This document shows positions 39,401-54,400 of a DNA stretch of 64,000 nucleotides, one piece after another (position 1 is the stretch's first letter; the number at the start of each line of letters is the position of its first letter). The stretch comes from Chiloscyllium plagiosum (taxonomy: Eukaryota): NCBI RefSeq assembly GCF_004010195.1, contig NC_057749.1:23480999-23544998 (forward strand), written 5' to 3'. A program made the position numbers and the translations under genes. Under the pieces are notes generated by a model. That model searched no databases, was not told the DNA's origin, and saw only the letters and a list, made by a program, of their open reading frames with translations.

Positions 39401-42400
39401 GTTGCAGGCAGTGCATTCCAAGCCCCTACTAATCTGAGTAAAGAAACTACCTCTGTCACCTGTCCTATACCTATCACCCCTCAATTTGAAGCTATGTCCC
39501 TTGTGTTAGCCATGTTCTATGTTAAATGCTGCCTACTACACCAGAGTCTTCCCTTATCCTCAAACACAAATTCTCGTCTTCTGTGATTGACAAAACTGTG
39601 ATTGTGTCCACTCTTTGCTCTCATCCCTCCATCCACCCTGTCAAATGGGATACAGATAGTAAAACAAGAGAATGCAACAGAGGTGTTTGAGGAAACTCTA
39701 GTTCATGTAGCTTGTAGAATCAATGCAGACTCATAGCAGATGCCGATCAATAACTTAACAATGGATTTGGAAGTGGATTGTGTGAAAGCATGAGCAATGA
39801 TTTGGAAAGCTAATGAAATACTTGAGTTCAGAGCACAAAACCACAGTGATACAGGAATCCAAGCGAGGAAGTAAACCCCCACACAGGACTGAAATAAAGG
39901 ATGTTCTATATATTCCACAAAAAGACCAGCTCAGTTATAAACCTACAGGTTCCACAGTAAGACATTTTATTTGGACAAAGTGAGTGGATTCAGAGAAATT
40001 ACTCAACTTGAAAACAATTACTCCCATCTCCCCCAAAACGTGTAATGATTAATGACTAACACAGCCTCAGTTCATTAAACAGACTGTCCTCAGGTCATTC
40101 TGGTAGGAATTATGGGAATGGTGGGAAGTCCGGCCAGAAAACCAGAAACTCTCAATCATAAGGTGCAGGATCATCAGTTTTCTGGATTTTGGAAAAGGAA
40201 GGAGAAGTGAGCTGCTCCTGGTCAGCTCTCGAGGGAAGACCTTCAGAGGGGAATGAGGTTTGTGACAGTCTTTAATACTAATGTTGATGTTTGGCAGAGA
40301 GAGACCAGAAGAGGTGCAAAAGAGTTGGATTTGGCTTTTTCTCAGTAAAGGTCATATGCTAAAAGTTGGATAACAATGTTCAAGTCAGACTGGAGAGAAT
40401 GAAGTGCACCAAATTAAAAAGGAGATAGTTCTAATTATTGTGGTCAGCAGGAAGGTTGAGACAGCTGGTGCCACACCAGTACACCTTAATGAAATGATCC
40501 ATAAAGATCAAGAGGTCGGAGAGAATGGAGTACTTTGAAACAGAACCCTGAAACCACCACGCAGGGTAAGACTCATTGTCAAAAGAGTGGGCAGAGAGGC
40601 AAAAACAGAGAGCTGAGGTGATAGGCTCACAATTCACAGCAGTTGAAATTAAAAGGATAAAACGGAATATATTGCTAAGGACTGATAGTACAACATCAGA
40701 TACAAAAGGTCAAAGAAGAATGAAAACAAGCCAAGTCGAAGACCATTACATTACCAACTGTTCCACTGTCTTATTCCAGGGCATAGCTGCTGTATGGAAT
40801 GATGTGATATATTTTCACATTAGCTTATTGACAACTGCTCTTCAACTGAAAGGTGAAGGCATTCACCAAAGAACATCCAAATGTCAGTGTAACACTGCAT
40901 TAAATGCTACAGCAAATTCATTTTTGTCTTTCATTGAAGCCTTTGCAAAATACTTACATTCATTGCTTTCAGATCTCCATTTATTTCCATGCCAGGGATT
41001 TTGTGATACCACGCTACAGCCAGATTTCTTTTTATTGTCAGCAGCATGTTCACTGGCTGCAAAATCAGAAAATCAGGCTGCATTGAATCCTTCTGGAGAA
41101 TCGTGCTGAAATGAGAAAGGAGCGATTTCAAGAAATTAGAACTGAACTGCTTACAATAAACTCATCGCCAACAGCAAAAGAATGCAAAAAAGTATTAAAG
41201 ATTAGAACACAAATGTCATGTTCATAAGGCCAAATCCAAACACTCTTTATTACAATGTTTTGCAAAATGGTGGATCTTCAACAACTTCATGAATGGGGTT
41301 TAATCAAACTTGAGTGAACCCTTCGAAGATAGTGTAAAAAGCTGTCACCTCCACCTATTTGCTCACTCGCATGTGTTTCATCACGAGGTAGATAACACTT
41401 AATGACAGTTGATCAGATCTGGAGCTTCTTTTGATTAGAACTGAACATTATTCAAGCTTGCACAATAGAGGCTTTCAACACTGCCAGAAATCTTAGCAGG
41501 AACATATTTTATCAAAGCCATCTTCATAGCTTTGCAGATTCCCTCCAGATTACTTTAAAGTTGGGATTACATACTTATAGACAGAAAGGAACTGAAATAT
41601 GGAATTACATGTACGTTCTGCATTAAAAAACGGTTAAGGTTTTGAAAGGACTAGAGAATTAGAATGGTTCAAAAGTAATGTGAGCAGTGATCACCTGGTA
41701 ATTATTGAAAAGACATGTATTTATGAAAAGGAGACAAATGAAGCTTTTAGGAGAGATAAGGGATGTGGTATATGCCTTTACTGGATGGATAAACCTTGTT
41801 TGGAAGAGATGGGGATGACGTGCTGAAGGCTGACTAACACCACTCTTCTTGAGTTAATTCCTGTTTTCCAGAACACCTGGGAAAGGCCAGGAAAGACCTC
41901 TGACATATGCATTAAACAACATTTGCGACTGAAGCATTTAGAAGGAACTTCACAGGAGGAAAATCTTCAAAATTCTCTCTGTAAAGAACTTTTGGAGACC
42001 TGAGAAAATTCCTGACTACCTTAAAACCTGAAAGTGGAACTGTTACTTCCAGTCAAAGAATCAATTCTAATTGACTTTCCATCTGAATTGAAGTCTAAAG
42101 ATATTCCATCATGAAACAGCAGTCAGTATTTTGATCTCAAATCAGGAGTTGACAGGAAATTCGGGGAACCGTGAGAGGTCATCCCATTATATGATTTCAG
42201 TTTGGAATACTGGTCCATGGGGTATCTGTTTTCCCTTTTTGTTCTTTTTTGAAATAAGTCTGCAAAGCTGTAGTCTTGTTTGTGACACTGTTTGCACTTC
42301 AATTAAAGGGGATGAAGTTTAATTCTGCAATATAACTGAGCTGTTAACCAGTTTTGTTTCTAATAAAGGAGTTAACTCTTGACTTTATTCAAGATACCAG

Positions 42401-45400
42401 GTAGAAATCTCTCATTATTACATCTGTGCAGAATAAACGAAACACAATTTGGCCATTTTGGGGATTGCTGTAACTCACAGGGGACAGTGTGCTGTAAATC
42501 AAACCCCTCTGCTCCCAGAGTCTTCACAAATGTGAACATTTGACTAAAGCACTGAAGTGTCCAATTCTACCTAACTGCCTAATTTAGATTAAAGGAATGT
42601 GCACAACTTTTTTTTTCATAGACAACAACTACTTCTCGCCTTTAACTCTTCTCAACCAATAGCAAGTAGAGCAGATGAATTGCTAATGGATATCTTTATA
42701 AAAGATCAAGGACAGCAAAAGGGCAGGATTTCTCATTTACCTAACTTGCATTCCATGCACAAAGACAAACAGACACAAATATTATCAGTGGAGGGGCAAA
42801 CAATACTGAGAGGAACAGCATTTTTCAGAGCAAAGTGGCATGCATCAGCAAAGTTGATGCAGTAAACCTGTGAGGCTTCTGTCTTGTTTTCATTGCCCTC
42901 AACGAGGTCTATGCTAAACTGCAGCCAATCTAGTCACAAGGTTGTTACTACACGGAGCTCCCTTGAACCCACAACATCTAGTGCCAACTGAAATGCTGAT
43001 CATAAATCTGAACACACCAAACACACTGAACAGACAGTGGTGTTGATTTGTCTAGACATCTCCCCCCCCACACACTGTTTCAATAGACAATTTACATGCA
43101 ACTCAATGTATTCCAGTAATTTGCTTTTTTATTGAAACTGCAAAAACCTTAGCTATTTGCCTTGGTTTAAGCAGTATCTTTTCAATTTTTAGTCCGCAGT
43201 CCAAGTGGCTTTTACATAATTGAATTAAAACATGTATCTGGATAGTTTGACTTGTGGTGTACAGTGGCTTGATTACCAACACATGCTTCAGGCTAACCCT
43301 CACCTGTGTCCAGCACATTTCCCATAACTGTCCTCACCCTTTCCCTCCCACAACAACAATGCAGACTCCACCCCCCCGTCCTCACTTTCAACCCCACGAG
43401 TCTGTCTCCAAAGACACACATCCCTTCCACTCCCTTGTCAGCCATCCTCAGACACTGTTCCCTCCAGGAAATCATGGTCACTGCTCCTCCAATTCCAATA
43501 CTTCCCCACATCACCTCCTCATGCAATAGTAGAGATGTGACACTTGCAGATTATCTCCTCCCTCCTCACAATCCATTGCCCCAGGCACATTCTCAATGAA
43601 GCAGCGATTTACCTGCACTTCATACAACCTAGTGTACTGGGCTTGCTCTTGACAATTTGGTCTCCAGTACAGTGGAGATATGCAATATAGACTGGGTGAC
43701 AGTTTTGTCAAACACCTACAATCCATAAAAATGACCCCAAGCTTCCACGTGACTGCCACTGCAACATGTTCCCATGCCAAACTGTAAGTCTCAGTCCTGA
43801 TGCAGTGCTCTGGGAAAGCTCAATACAAGCTGGAAGTATAACACCTCAACTTGCACTGAGGCACCTCACAACACGGAGGACTCAACAACGAATTTAACAA
43901 TTTCAGAATGTGAAGATCCTTGTGGAACACCGCCGGTCACAGACCTCCAGTCGTAAAAGCATCCCTCCACAGCTACTCTTTGTGCATATATCTGAGATCT
44001 CTCTAAATGTTCACTCTTCAGTTTCCCACTCACTACTGGGGAACTTATAGTATAATCCCATCAAGGTGTTCATCCCCTTCTTATTTGAGTTCCACTCATA
44101 TAGATTGTAAAAATATGGAATTAAGTCTAATGTTGACAGTTGACAATGGTTTCATGGTCAGGAAAAGCCCACCTGGTTCACTAAGTTCCTAACTGCCATC
44201 TTTACCTGACCTGACCTACATGTGTGACTCCAGATCAACAGCAATGCGGTTAACTCTCAATTGCCCTCTGGGCAATTAAGGACAGGCAATGAAAGCTGGC
44301 CTAACCAGTGATGCCCACATTCTGATTGAATTTAAAAAAACACCACCAAAGATGAAGTGCTCTCTCCACTGCCAAATCACTCTTAGCTCTAATCAACCCG
44401 TTGCACATTGAATACAACAAGAGTGGACATTTGCAATTTTATGAACAAACCGCCAATCATTTAAACAACTTTTACGAAGGGAAGAGTTAACTGAAAATAA
44501 TCTTCTGCCCTAACTTCACCTGCAGAGTGCCAAATAGGTTAATCATCTCAGTCATTGCGCCAAATGCACCATCCCGAATTATTAACAATGAATTAATCTC
44601 TATCACACTAACTGAGATCAAAAGATCATGAAACAACTGAAAACGTCACACAAACAAAAATGGAAATAACTGCTCCATTCTTTTCAAACAACCATCGAAG
44701 TAAAGTTGTCATCAAAACCATTTTCTAGACAGGTTGGACAAAAATCTACTGAATTAGTTCTTCTGCTTTTATCATACCGTGAGAGTTTCAGTTGTGTCAG
44801 GTGAACCTCCATGATGTCCACCACTGGTGGCAGTGTGCACTCTTCAGCAGAGATCAGAAAAAATTTATTCTGCACAGTAATCAAACCCAAATCTGCCACA
44901 ATAGCATTCATGGAGATGGAGGACTCAGGGACGATAATAACCGGAGCTTTCAAGTTGATGTCCATTGCCAGTCGGAAACTCTTCTGGGCGAAATCCTTGA
45001 CGCTGGAAGCTGCTTTTTCTGCAGCCTGGGCTGTTGCTGCACTTAATGCTTCCTTTGCTGCTTGGAAGTTGTCAAAGAAGTTCTATTGACCATAAAACAA
45101 ACAGTATTAACATTTCTTTTACATAAACCCCACAAAAGAATTCTCCTTATAAAAGATGAAAATCTAAACAACTGGTGGGGAATACAATATGAAGTCTTCT
45201 CAAATATGCCTGTTCAAATCAAGCCTTCAGTGTTTCACAATATGGCACTGACTGCTGCTAAGACCTTCAGTCAAACAAGTGAAAACTACTGTCAGCTTGA
45301 TTTTCAAAGATAAATGACAGTAAAATCATATACAGAGGAAATAAGGCAATTTGTCTTAATTCAGCCGTGTTTTCCATGTGAGATAATTCCCAGGGATTAA

Positions 45401-48400
45401 AGTTTGGTTTGTAGTACACTTCTTCTACTTACTTCCCTCCCTTCTTGACATCTGGAAGAATAGACTTATTGGGGACAGTCAGCATTGTTTTACGGAGGGG
45501 AAGACTTGTCTCACAAACTTCCGTTCTTTGAGAAACTGAAAGATTATTGATGAGGGCAAGGCAGTGGAAGTATTATCTCCATGGACATTCCCAATACATT
45601 TGACAAGGTGCCTCATGGTAGGCTGAACCAGAAGATCAAATTGCATGGAATCCATGATGATTGGCAAGTTGAATAGAAAATTAGCTTGGCCATAGAAGAC
45701 AAAGAATAGCTGTGGAGGGATGCTTTTACGACTGGAGGTCTGTGACCGGTGGTGTTCCACAAGGATCCATGCTGGGACCTTCATGAATGGACTGGGCTGG
45801 GGGCAGGCGGGGGACTGTGCTGGATGGGGTTTTGGGGGCGGGCAGGGCAGGTGTTGGACAGGATCGAGGGCGGGGGGGCAGGTGATTGGATGGGATCGGG
45901 GCAGTGGTGGCGGTGTTGGGGTCAGGACCTCGCACGCCGTGTGCTGCTGCAGTCTCCTCTGGGACTCGGACCTTTTTAAAGTCTGCTCCCCGTTCAGGAA
46001 AGACATTTAATCCATTAACCAAATAATCGATTATCCGAACGAAATAGTCCCCGCCCCTCACTTTCGGATAATCGAGGTTCCCGGTATATATTATAGAGGA
46101 TAAAAAAGGCAGTGATCTGATTAGTAAGTTTGCAGATGACATGTAAATTGGTGAAGTTGTCATTACTGAGGAAAGATATGAACTGATATCAACAGGATAG
46201 AGATCAGATGGGAAGCTGGGCAGAGAAATGACAGATGAAGTTTACCCCGGACAAATTTGAAGTGATGCATTTTGGGAGGTCAATTGTAAGAGGAAAGTGT
46301 GCAGCAAATAGCCAGACCTGAAGGAGCACTGATATACAGAGGAATCTCGGGGTCCAAGCCCATAGCTACCTCAAAATGGCCACACAAGTGTAAAACGTGG
46401 TAAGGAAAACATACACATGCTTGCCTTTAGATTTTCTTTTAAGATTCCCTACAGTGCGGAAACAGGCCCTTTGGCCCAACAAATCCACATCGACCCTCCG
46501 AAGAGTAACCCACCCAAACCCATTCAGATACTCCCTATTAATGCACCTATCACTATGGGCAATTTAGCATGGCCAACTCACCTGACCTGCACATCTTTGG
46601 ACTGTGGGAGGAAACCGGAGCACCCGGAGGAAACCCACGCAGACACAGGGAGAATGTGCAAACTCCACACAGACAGTTGCCTGAGGCTGGAATCGAACCT
46701 GGGTCCCTGGTGCTGCGAGGCAGCAGTGCTAACCACTGAGCCACTGTGCTGCCCCAAAGCTGGGGTGTTGAGTATAAAAGCTGGCAAGTCTTACTACAAC
46801 AAGACGAGACTTTGATCAGGTTGCATTTGGAGTATTGTGCACTGTTCTGGTTGTCGTACTATAAGAGGACGTGGAGGTTTTGGAGAGGGTACAGAAGAGG
46901 TTTACCAGGATATTCCCTTGATTGGAGTGCATTAGTTGCAGGGAGAGGTTGCAACTTGGATTGTTTTTGCTAGAGCATCGAAGGCTGAAGGGCAATCTGA
47001 CAGAAGTATATAAAATTATGAGATGCATGGATAGGGTGGAGAGTGGGAGTCTCTTTCCCAGGGTGAAAATGTCAAATACTAGTGGCATAGGTTTAAGGTG
47101 AGAAAGGGAAAGTTTAAAGGAGATGCGCAAGGCAAGTTTTTGTTTTCAGAAACACAAATGTACTGTCAAGGGAGATAGTAGAAGCAAATGCGATAGTAAG
47201 GTCGAAGAGGCAGTTAGACACATGAGCAGATAGGGAACAGAGGGATACAGACCACATGCAGGCAGATGGGCTTAGTTGAGAATCATGGTTGGCACAGATA
47301 GTGGGCCGAAGGGCAAGTTCCTGTGTTGTACTGTTCTATGCTCTCTCATCAGCTATGATATTCCAAGATCTGAGGATTACTTCTCAAATGGATTTTTCAA
47401 ACTATACTGTACTCAATTTTTTTTGTGTAAAGAAACTACTCTTAACTCTCCACCCCCACTGCTCTACTCTTGTGTAAAGTTTAATGGGTAAATTTTCATT
47501 ATTGATTTTCTCACTAAAATTCTACTTTATGAAAACATTTTTAAGTTAGTAATTTTGAAATGCTCCATTTAATTCTCTTCTCGGCCTTGCAGCCCATTGG
47601 AAATATTGCTTATACCTCATCTCTCACCATAATTAGACACTATCATCCACCAAATTCACCTGTAAGATGGGAGGTTGGTCAAGGAAACATCAGAATAGCT
47701 GAATTAGGAGATAAAAGTTTAATGTGCAGAATTGACAAGCAGTACAATTATCAACAATTACATGCTTCTAGACACATGTGCAGCTGTCATGTTCTACCTA
47801 TAACAGATGTCCGAAATCTCTCAATGCACAATTACCTAACCAATGTTTTTGCAGCAGTAACATCCAGGACTATACCTGGCAAAGTATCATTTTAAAAATT
47901 AACTGCTGAGTGACATTAAAATTATTTTTTCCAATCTCTCTAATTTACCTTGAACTGGTAAAACATCTGCATTTACAACAAAACCACACCAAAACTTAAA
48001 CTGAGCCAATGGAGGTACCATTAAGGCAGACGACTAAACACTTCTTCAAGTGAATATATTTCAAGAAAAGTATTAGAGGAGTTAAGAAGATACAAGAGGT
48101 CTAATCCATGAGTTTCAGAGTGTAGGGTCCAGACAGCTGTAGTCACTGCTGTCAGTGGTGGGATCAAAGATCTAAGGGATGCACAAAAGGTGAAATCAGG
48201 GGAAGAAACAGAATGTACAGGTAAAGGAAGGGCAAGAATGAGCAATCACATGAAAGCATCAGAATCAGGAGCATTAAAACATGAAAATCAAGTCAATGGT
48301 ACAGCTGGACACCCTCAGTGGGCAGGAAGAACAGAGGTGATCTATGACCTGGACTTGACAGATACAGGCAGCATTTAGGTAACGTCAAGTTGAGCACTTT

Positions 48401-51400
48401 AGTCAAGAACATATTGGAATAGTTGAATTAGGAGTCAACATAAATTTGTTATGTCGAATTGGCAAGCAATACACTTACCAACAATGACATGAAGAATTTG
48501 TGTAAGTAGACCAACTGAATGCAACCCATCTGCAATGTCACCTCTCCATCCACTTTTGACATATCAAAGTAGTCTTTTCCCTCTGTAGCACTGGAACACA
48601 AACTCATCTTGAAGCTGAAAACTTCATCACCAATGATTGAAACAATCTAAAAATATACAAATAGAGTTAAGTTACTTTTTCCACTGGTGTGAAATCACTG
48701 GAAATCAAGCCCTGCTACTCCTGGAGATGTCGCAAGAGTTTAAGATTGTATAAAAATACTCAAAATTTCCCAAATTACATGTGTTTTTAAAGCCCAGTTT
48801 GAGAGAAAATAAATAGACTCCACCTACAGGCAAACAATTACAAACTGATGGCATCTAACTCTACTCATTAAAAACTTTAACCCCCTTGTAAACAGCCCCT
48901 CAACATGGACAATACATGGATGCTCTGGGAGGGGGAAAAGACTGCTAACTTAGTTTAATAGTTGCTATTCCCAGAATTCACAGAGATGATTCTTTTGGTT
49001 TGTTACGATGTTGCTCCTTGATCTTCCTTCTCCAGCACTTTTGCTCAGGTGGTGTAGGGAAGCTGGTTCACACTAATAAAGTATCTGATTCACTGGTTAA
49101 AATGCTACAGCTTACAGCAACTGGTGAGGGAAAAATAAACTGGCTTCTTCAGGTTTAAGAATATTTTTAATGCATAGAAAAGGGACAGGTCCTTCCCTTT
49201 TGGAAATGAAATGGTTTCACCCAGAAGCTGTTAACTACATGGAAACCAATCACATAATTGATGGCAGGCAGAAGGCCTGTCATCGATAACTGATTACCAT
49301 TCCACAGACCAATCAGCTACCTGCCGGCGACTGAATTTCCATTTGTATACATGTCCCCAGCTCCTGTTAGTCTGTAGCTTGACTAACACCCACTATTAGG
49401 ACAAGCAGCTTTGTAAACAGCACTTATAATGGTTGTCAGATAATTTGCACTTCAGAAGCGCAGTCATCCTTCAACTATCCATTAAACATTCCTTTTCCCT
49501 TTTCAATTCATAATCACAAAGACAGAAAAATAAAAAGAAACAAATAGCCTTTACAAAGTTAACAGATTAATTCAAATCTATAATTGCGCAACGAGGAAGG
49601 ATTCAATAATTTGAGTGTAGCAAATGAGTTTCTAGAGAATTGTGATTAAAATCCAAGTTTAAATCAAGGGGCTTAACTCTCAACAAAGTAATCTCTGCAG
49701 GTATGAGGTGATGAAGTGAAAATTGGAAAACCAAATAAAAAGTTATAAAAATAGATAGTGAATGATGAGCATTGAAGATTTATTTCCAAATGTGTAAGTA
49801 ATACACATTTCTTTGAAGGATTTTTGAAAGCCAAGGGAAAGGTGGTATAAGCTTGGCTAGCAAGTTATGACTGAGTAAATAAAAAGCTAATGATGTTATC
49901 AAAAGAGTAAAAAGCATCAAGATGAGAAGGATTTTAGTGTTCTCTAAGAAATAATCAAGATAAAGAGAAATCAACTGGGAATAGAAGATGCAAAAATAGA
50001 TTGTAAAAGTTTCTGCAGGCATGTAAGAAAGGAGAGGTTAGCAATAAGAACCACTTACAAAGAGGTAAAAAATTAAAATTGGAAATAAATAAATGGAAGA
50101 TAAATTAAAACGAACACTCATCTTCACAACAAAAAAACTGCAAAACATCTTAGAAATAATGGTTAACAAAGGTTTAGTGAAAATAAGAAAATTAGAGATA
50201 TTACAACAAGTAAATAGCTGGTATTTGAGAAGTTACTGGTACTTGAGAAGTTATTGGGACTTGAAAAGCAACAAATTCCATAGATTAGAAAGATTTTAAA
50301 AGAGATGGCTGCAGAAGTAGTGTATGTATTGGCTTCAACGTTCTAAAATTCTTAGGAATCTAGGTTAGTGTCCATGGAATGGATGCTAGCAGATGCAACC
50401 CAGTTATTCAGGTAAGGAAAAGGAGCAAGAACAGAAACTAAGTTAGCCTTGACATCAACAGTGAGGAAAATGCTGAATTATGAAGTACAGGTTTGAGAAG
50501 ACTTAGACGGCCATAACATAATTAGGCCAAGCCAATATTAATAATCCAACGATTAAAAATTTAAATCACACGAAGACTGCTCGAAAATTAGAACATGGTT
50601 GGAAAAAATCCGTAACTTTAAAGCTGTAACAAGCAAAAATTAAAATTAAGCCATTGGATTGCTATAATAACATTAGTGAGCCTATTGGGTTATGATGAAA
50701 AGCAGCTTGCCCTCCCTACCCGGCCCTTGTATATACATGTATGAAACTTTACACCAACAGCATGGTGACAGACTCTTAAACGTCTCCTTCAAGTAATGGC
50801 ATGCTTCCATACTAGAGGGATTCTACAATTCTAACAATGCATATCTTCTTTAAAAGTTAAAAAATCACAACACCACGTTTAGTCCAACAGATTTATTTGG
50901 AAGCACTAGCTTTCGGAGCACTGCTTCATCAGGTGGTTGTGGAGTATAAGTTCGCAGTACAATAGCAATTTATCACCTTCTCAAAGCAACCTGGGATCCT
51001 CTGGGCTGCTCAGCTCAAAGCCTCAGCTCTGAGCGTCAGCTCAGCTCAGGCTTCAACTGAGTCAGCTCATTGGCCTTGGAGTGTTCATTTTAAGTTACAG
51101 TCTATGTGACAAATCATGCTAGCAATTTGAAGTAAATGACTATTTTAGCGATTAAAACAAAACTGTTATTCAGTTTGTGTATTTGAACCAACATGGAATA
51201 ACACCACAAAGCACCAAGTGCCGCTCAAAATAATTGACTCACATTGAACAGCTTACCTTTTTATGTAGAGTCTTTGAACCAACATCTGTAACAACTACAT
51301 CTTTGAGTCGGGCAAAAAGATCTATCTGCTTTGACAGTACAGCTACGGATGCATCCATACCTAGATAATCACAGATTTGATATCAAGCCACAGAACATGG

Positions 51401-54400
51401 TATTGCATTAATAAGCCATTTCCCCATCAAATGAGGTCCTAGGACGACTATAACTCCCATATTACTATCTTAGTGAGAATGTTGGCATTAGCAAGAGCAT
51501 GTGGAGTAATGTGAGCAGTTGTTGTTTTTAAATCCAGGTAAGGCTAAAAGGCTGCAACTAATATTGGTCTACAGCCCATAAACTAAAGCCTAAAAACAAT
51601 ACAGAAGACAAACTCACCAATAATTTGTACACATTCATTTGAAGTGTATTTTACAGTTTAAAATTAACCCGGTTACATTAACAAACTTAATATAAGCTTT
51701 ATCCCTTGTTTGAGAAGCTCAGTGAAATTTGCCTGGCTCAAGAAAATTGAGATTGATCGTCAATGGCTATAATCATGATGAGAGCCGACTAATAGCAGCA
51801 ACATGTCAAATACATCTCCATTGTTTGTTTTGTATAGACACGGTGAATAGGTTATTCCATCTGATAAGTGCACAGATTGGTTTTGAGAAGAGACAAGAGG
51901 ATGAATGGAGAAGAATATGTCATCCACCTGTCGATTTCGATGGCACTTGAACGTGCAGATAACTAAAGCCAATCCCTCACCACGATATCCTCAACTTAGG
52001 TACATAGCAATTAGGCTATGTATTGCTTTACAGGTGCCTAAATAAGGCGAAAGTGAGGACTGCAGATGCTGGAGCACAGCATGTCAGGCAGCATCTGAGG
52101 AGCAGGAGAATCGACGATTCGGGCAAAAGCCCTTCAGCCCTTCATCAGGAATGAGGCTGTGAGCCAAGGGGGTGGTGAGATAAGTGGGACAGGGTGGGGC
52201 TGGGGGGGAGGAGGAAGGTAGCCGAGAGTGTGATAGGCAGGTGGAAGTGGGGGTAATGAAGAAAGATTGGAGAGGAGGGTGAAGCGGATAAATGGGATGG
52301 AAGATGGACAGGTAGGACAGGTCATGAGGGCAGTGCCGAGTTGGAAGGTTGCAACTGGGATAAGGTGGGGCGGGGGGGAGGCGGTGGGGCGGGGGGGGAG
52401 GGGGGAATGAAGAAACTTGTGAAATCCACATTGATGCCAAAATAACTGGCACGAAAATAACAGTCGCGCTATCACACATCTCAGAAAATACGAGACATTG
52501 CTTTTAAATCCAGAGCTCAATCTGGTTTAATTTACCTTGTATTTTGATGTCAGCAATGTCGAACTCTTCATCACAAACAAATATGTTCAATGCACCGAGT
52601 TCAACAGAAAACTTTAGGTCAAACACATCGACTGCTCTGTCGAGGGAGACTAAATGAAAAAGCATTCACTTTGTCAGTAATGTGAAAAGAACAACCAAAA
52701 ACAATTGTTACACATCTCAATTGCACTGTTTATTCCTGTTTGAATGGTAAATCTACCAACAGTAATCATATTCTAAAAACCTGACATTGCCATAATGCCT
52801 TCAATGTAGCAAATCATTTCATGGTGCTTCAGAGATACATCAGACAAGATCTGGCAGAGAGGTGACCAAACCTTGAGGCTTGAGTGCCTTAAAATAAGGA
52901 TTCAAATTTAAAATAAACATATAAAAAGGCAATCAAGATATGCTATTTTCTTATTACGAGTAAAATGAGAAGTTATGGCAGCGAGGTAGGATAGGTAGGT
53001 GGTGGGCAACATAGAAGCAAAGTGACAAAACTTGAGCTCCCCCCAACCACGCTTTTCAACCTTGCTGTTCCAAGACATCACGAAAAAGCAGCAAGCAGAT
53101 AATCAACCCTTCTCTGCCAAAAGGAGAAATAACCAGCGCACATTATTTGGAAACACACCAACCATATTGAGATCTGTCATTCACTTGCAGATAATGTGCA
53201 CTACTACATGGCCAAAGATGGGAAGACAAATAGAATCTTTGCCTTTTAACCGTTGCCTAAGTGTACAACAAATTTGTACAGCTGAAGCTGCCTCACATCT
53301 CCATCTATAACTGTCTGCCCCATCAGATACTGAAAGAGATAATCGTTCCACAATCATCAGCAGTATGCATGATACAGACCAAGATGCGCGAAGTACGTTT
53401 CAAAGATGAATCACATCTCATACCAGGTGATGGTGCCACATGACTCATCTAAACATAATTTAATCTGTACCTCAAACAAAATTCCTAATACAGAAAGAGA
53501 TCAAATAGCAACAAAACTGAGTTCAACAATTTTGTTTATAATCCACTGTGGATTTCCACCGCTTGCAGCAAAAAGGCTAATTTCTTGTTCACTACATAAA
53601 GTGAACTACTCAAATCTTTCTCTAAACAATTTATGCAGTATTTCTGAACATATGAAGCAACAGAAAACAATGCAGAATACAAACTAAATGCTCATTAAAA
53701 ACATACATAAACTCTTAATTCGATGCACTATTCAGCTTCCCTTTTTTTCTAACCTACCTGCTTTCGTCACAGTCTCCTTTTCATGGTCTGTGCTTGGCTT
53801 TCTTTCACGCTCATGATCAGGAATGTGAGATGGGAATACAGCTGATACAAAGTTCATGGTTGAAAGTAAGGCTTGTGAATGAAGGATCAGGTCAAGAGAA
53901 GAAAAGGCCACCTGATGCCAAAACAAGTAGTTTCATTATTCCACTTAATAGATGATTTCACCGCAGTACAAAAATGATGAAAAACTAAAAGGCAGCACCG
54001 AAGTAGCAACGTTTGAAAGCAAGCTTAAATGGTAATTAGAAAATGATCAAATATGTCTTTTAGGGTTTTGATACAATTCTCCAATAACGAAAACAATGGA
54101 AAATGTTCTGCAATTATTCCAAACAAATTCATCAAGAAGCTCCCAAAGAGGAAAACGAGAGCGTATCAGAGATTTCCTACTGTATGAAGCAGGCCATTCG
54201 GCCAATCAAGTCCACGCTGACGCTCCAAAGAACATCACACCGAGACCCAAACCCCTAGACCTGTAAATCTGCACATCTCCCATGGCTAATCCACCAAACC
54301 TCCACATCCTTGGACACTGTGGGCAATTTAGCATGGCCAATACACCTAACCTGCACATCTTTGGATTGTGGGAGGAAACCAGAGCACCCAGAGGAAACCC

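Larger units (their letters stand above)
45470..47345 (+). mobile_element. CR1 LINE fragment with nested insertions
   Basis: GVPQGSMLGP, SKFADD, LHLEYCALFW, LTEVYKIM motifs. Confidence 0.88.

Noticed and set aside
40576..41109. 177-aa plus-strand ORF
   Set aside because: Antisense to a VPS13C exon plus intron, non-ATG start, no recognisable domain; shadow ORF
41679..42528. Possible long solo LTR (TGTGAG..TTCACA, AATAAA near 42362)
   Set aside because: No TSD found and no second copy in the window; boundaries unsupported
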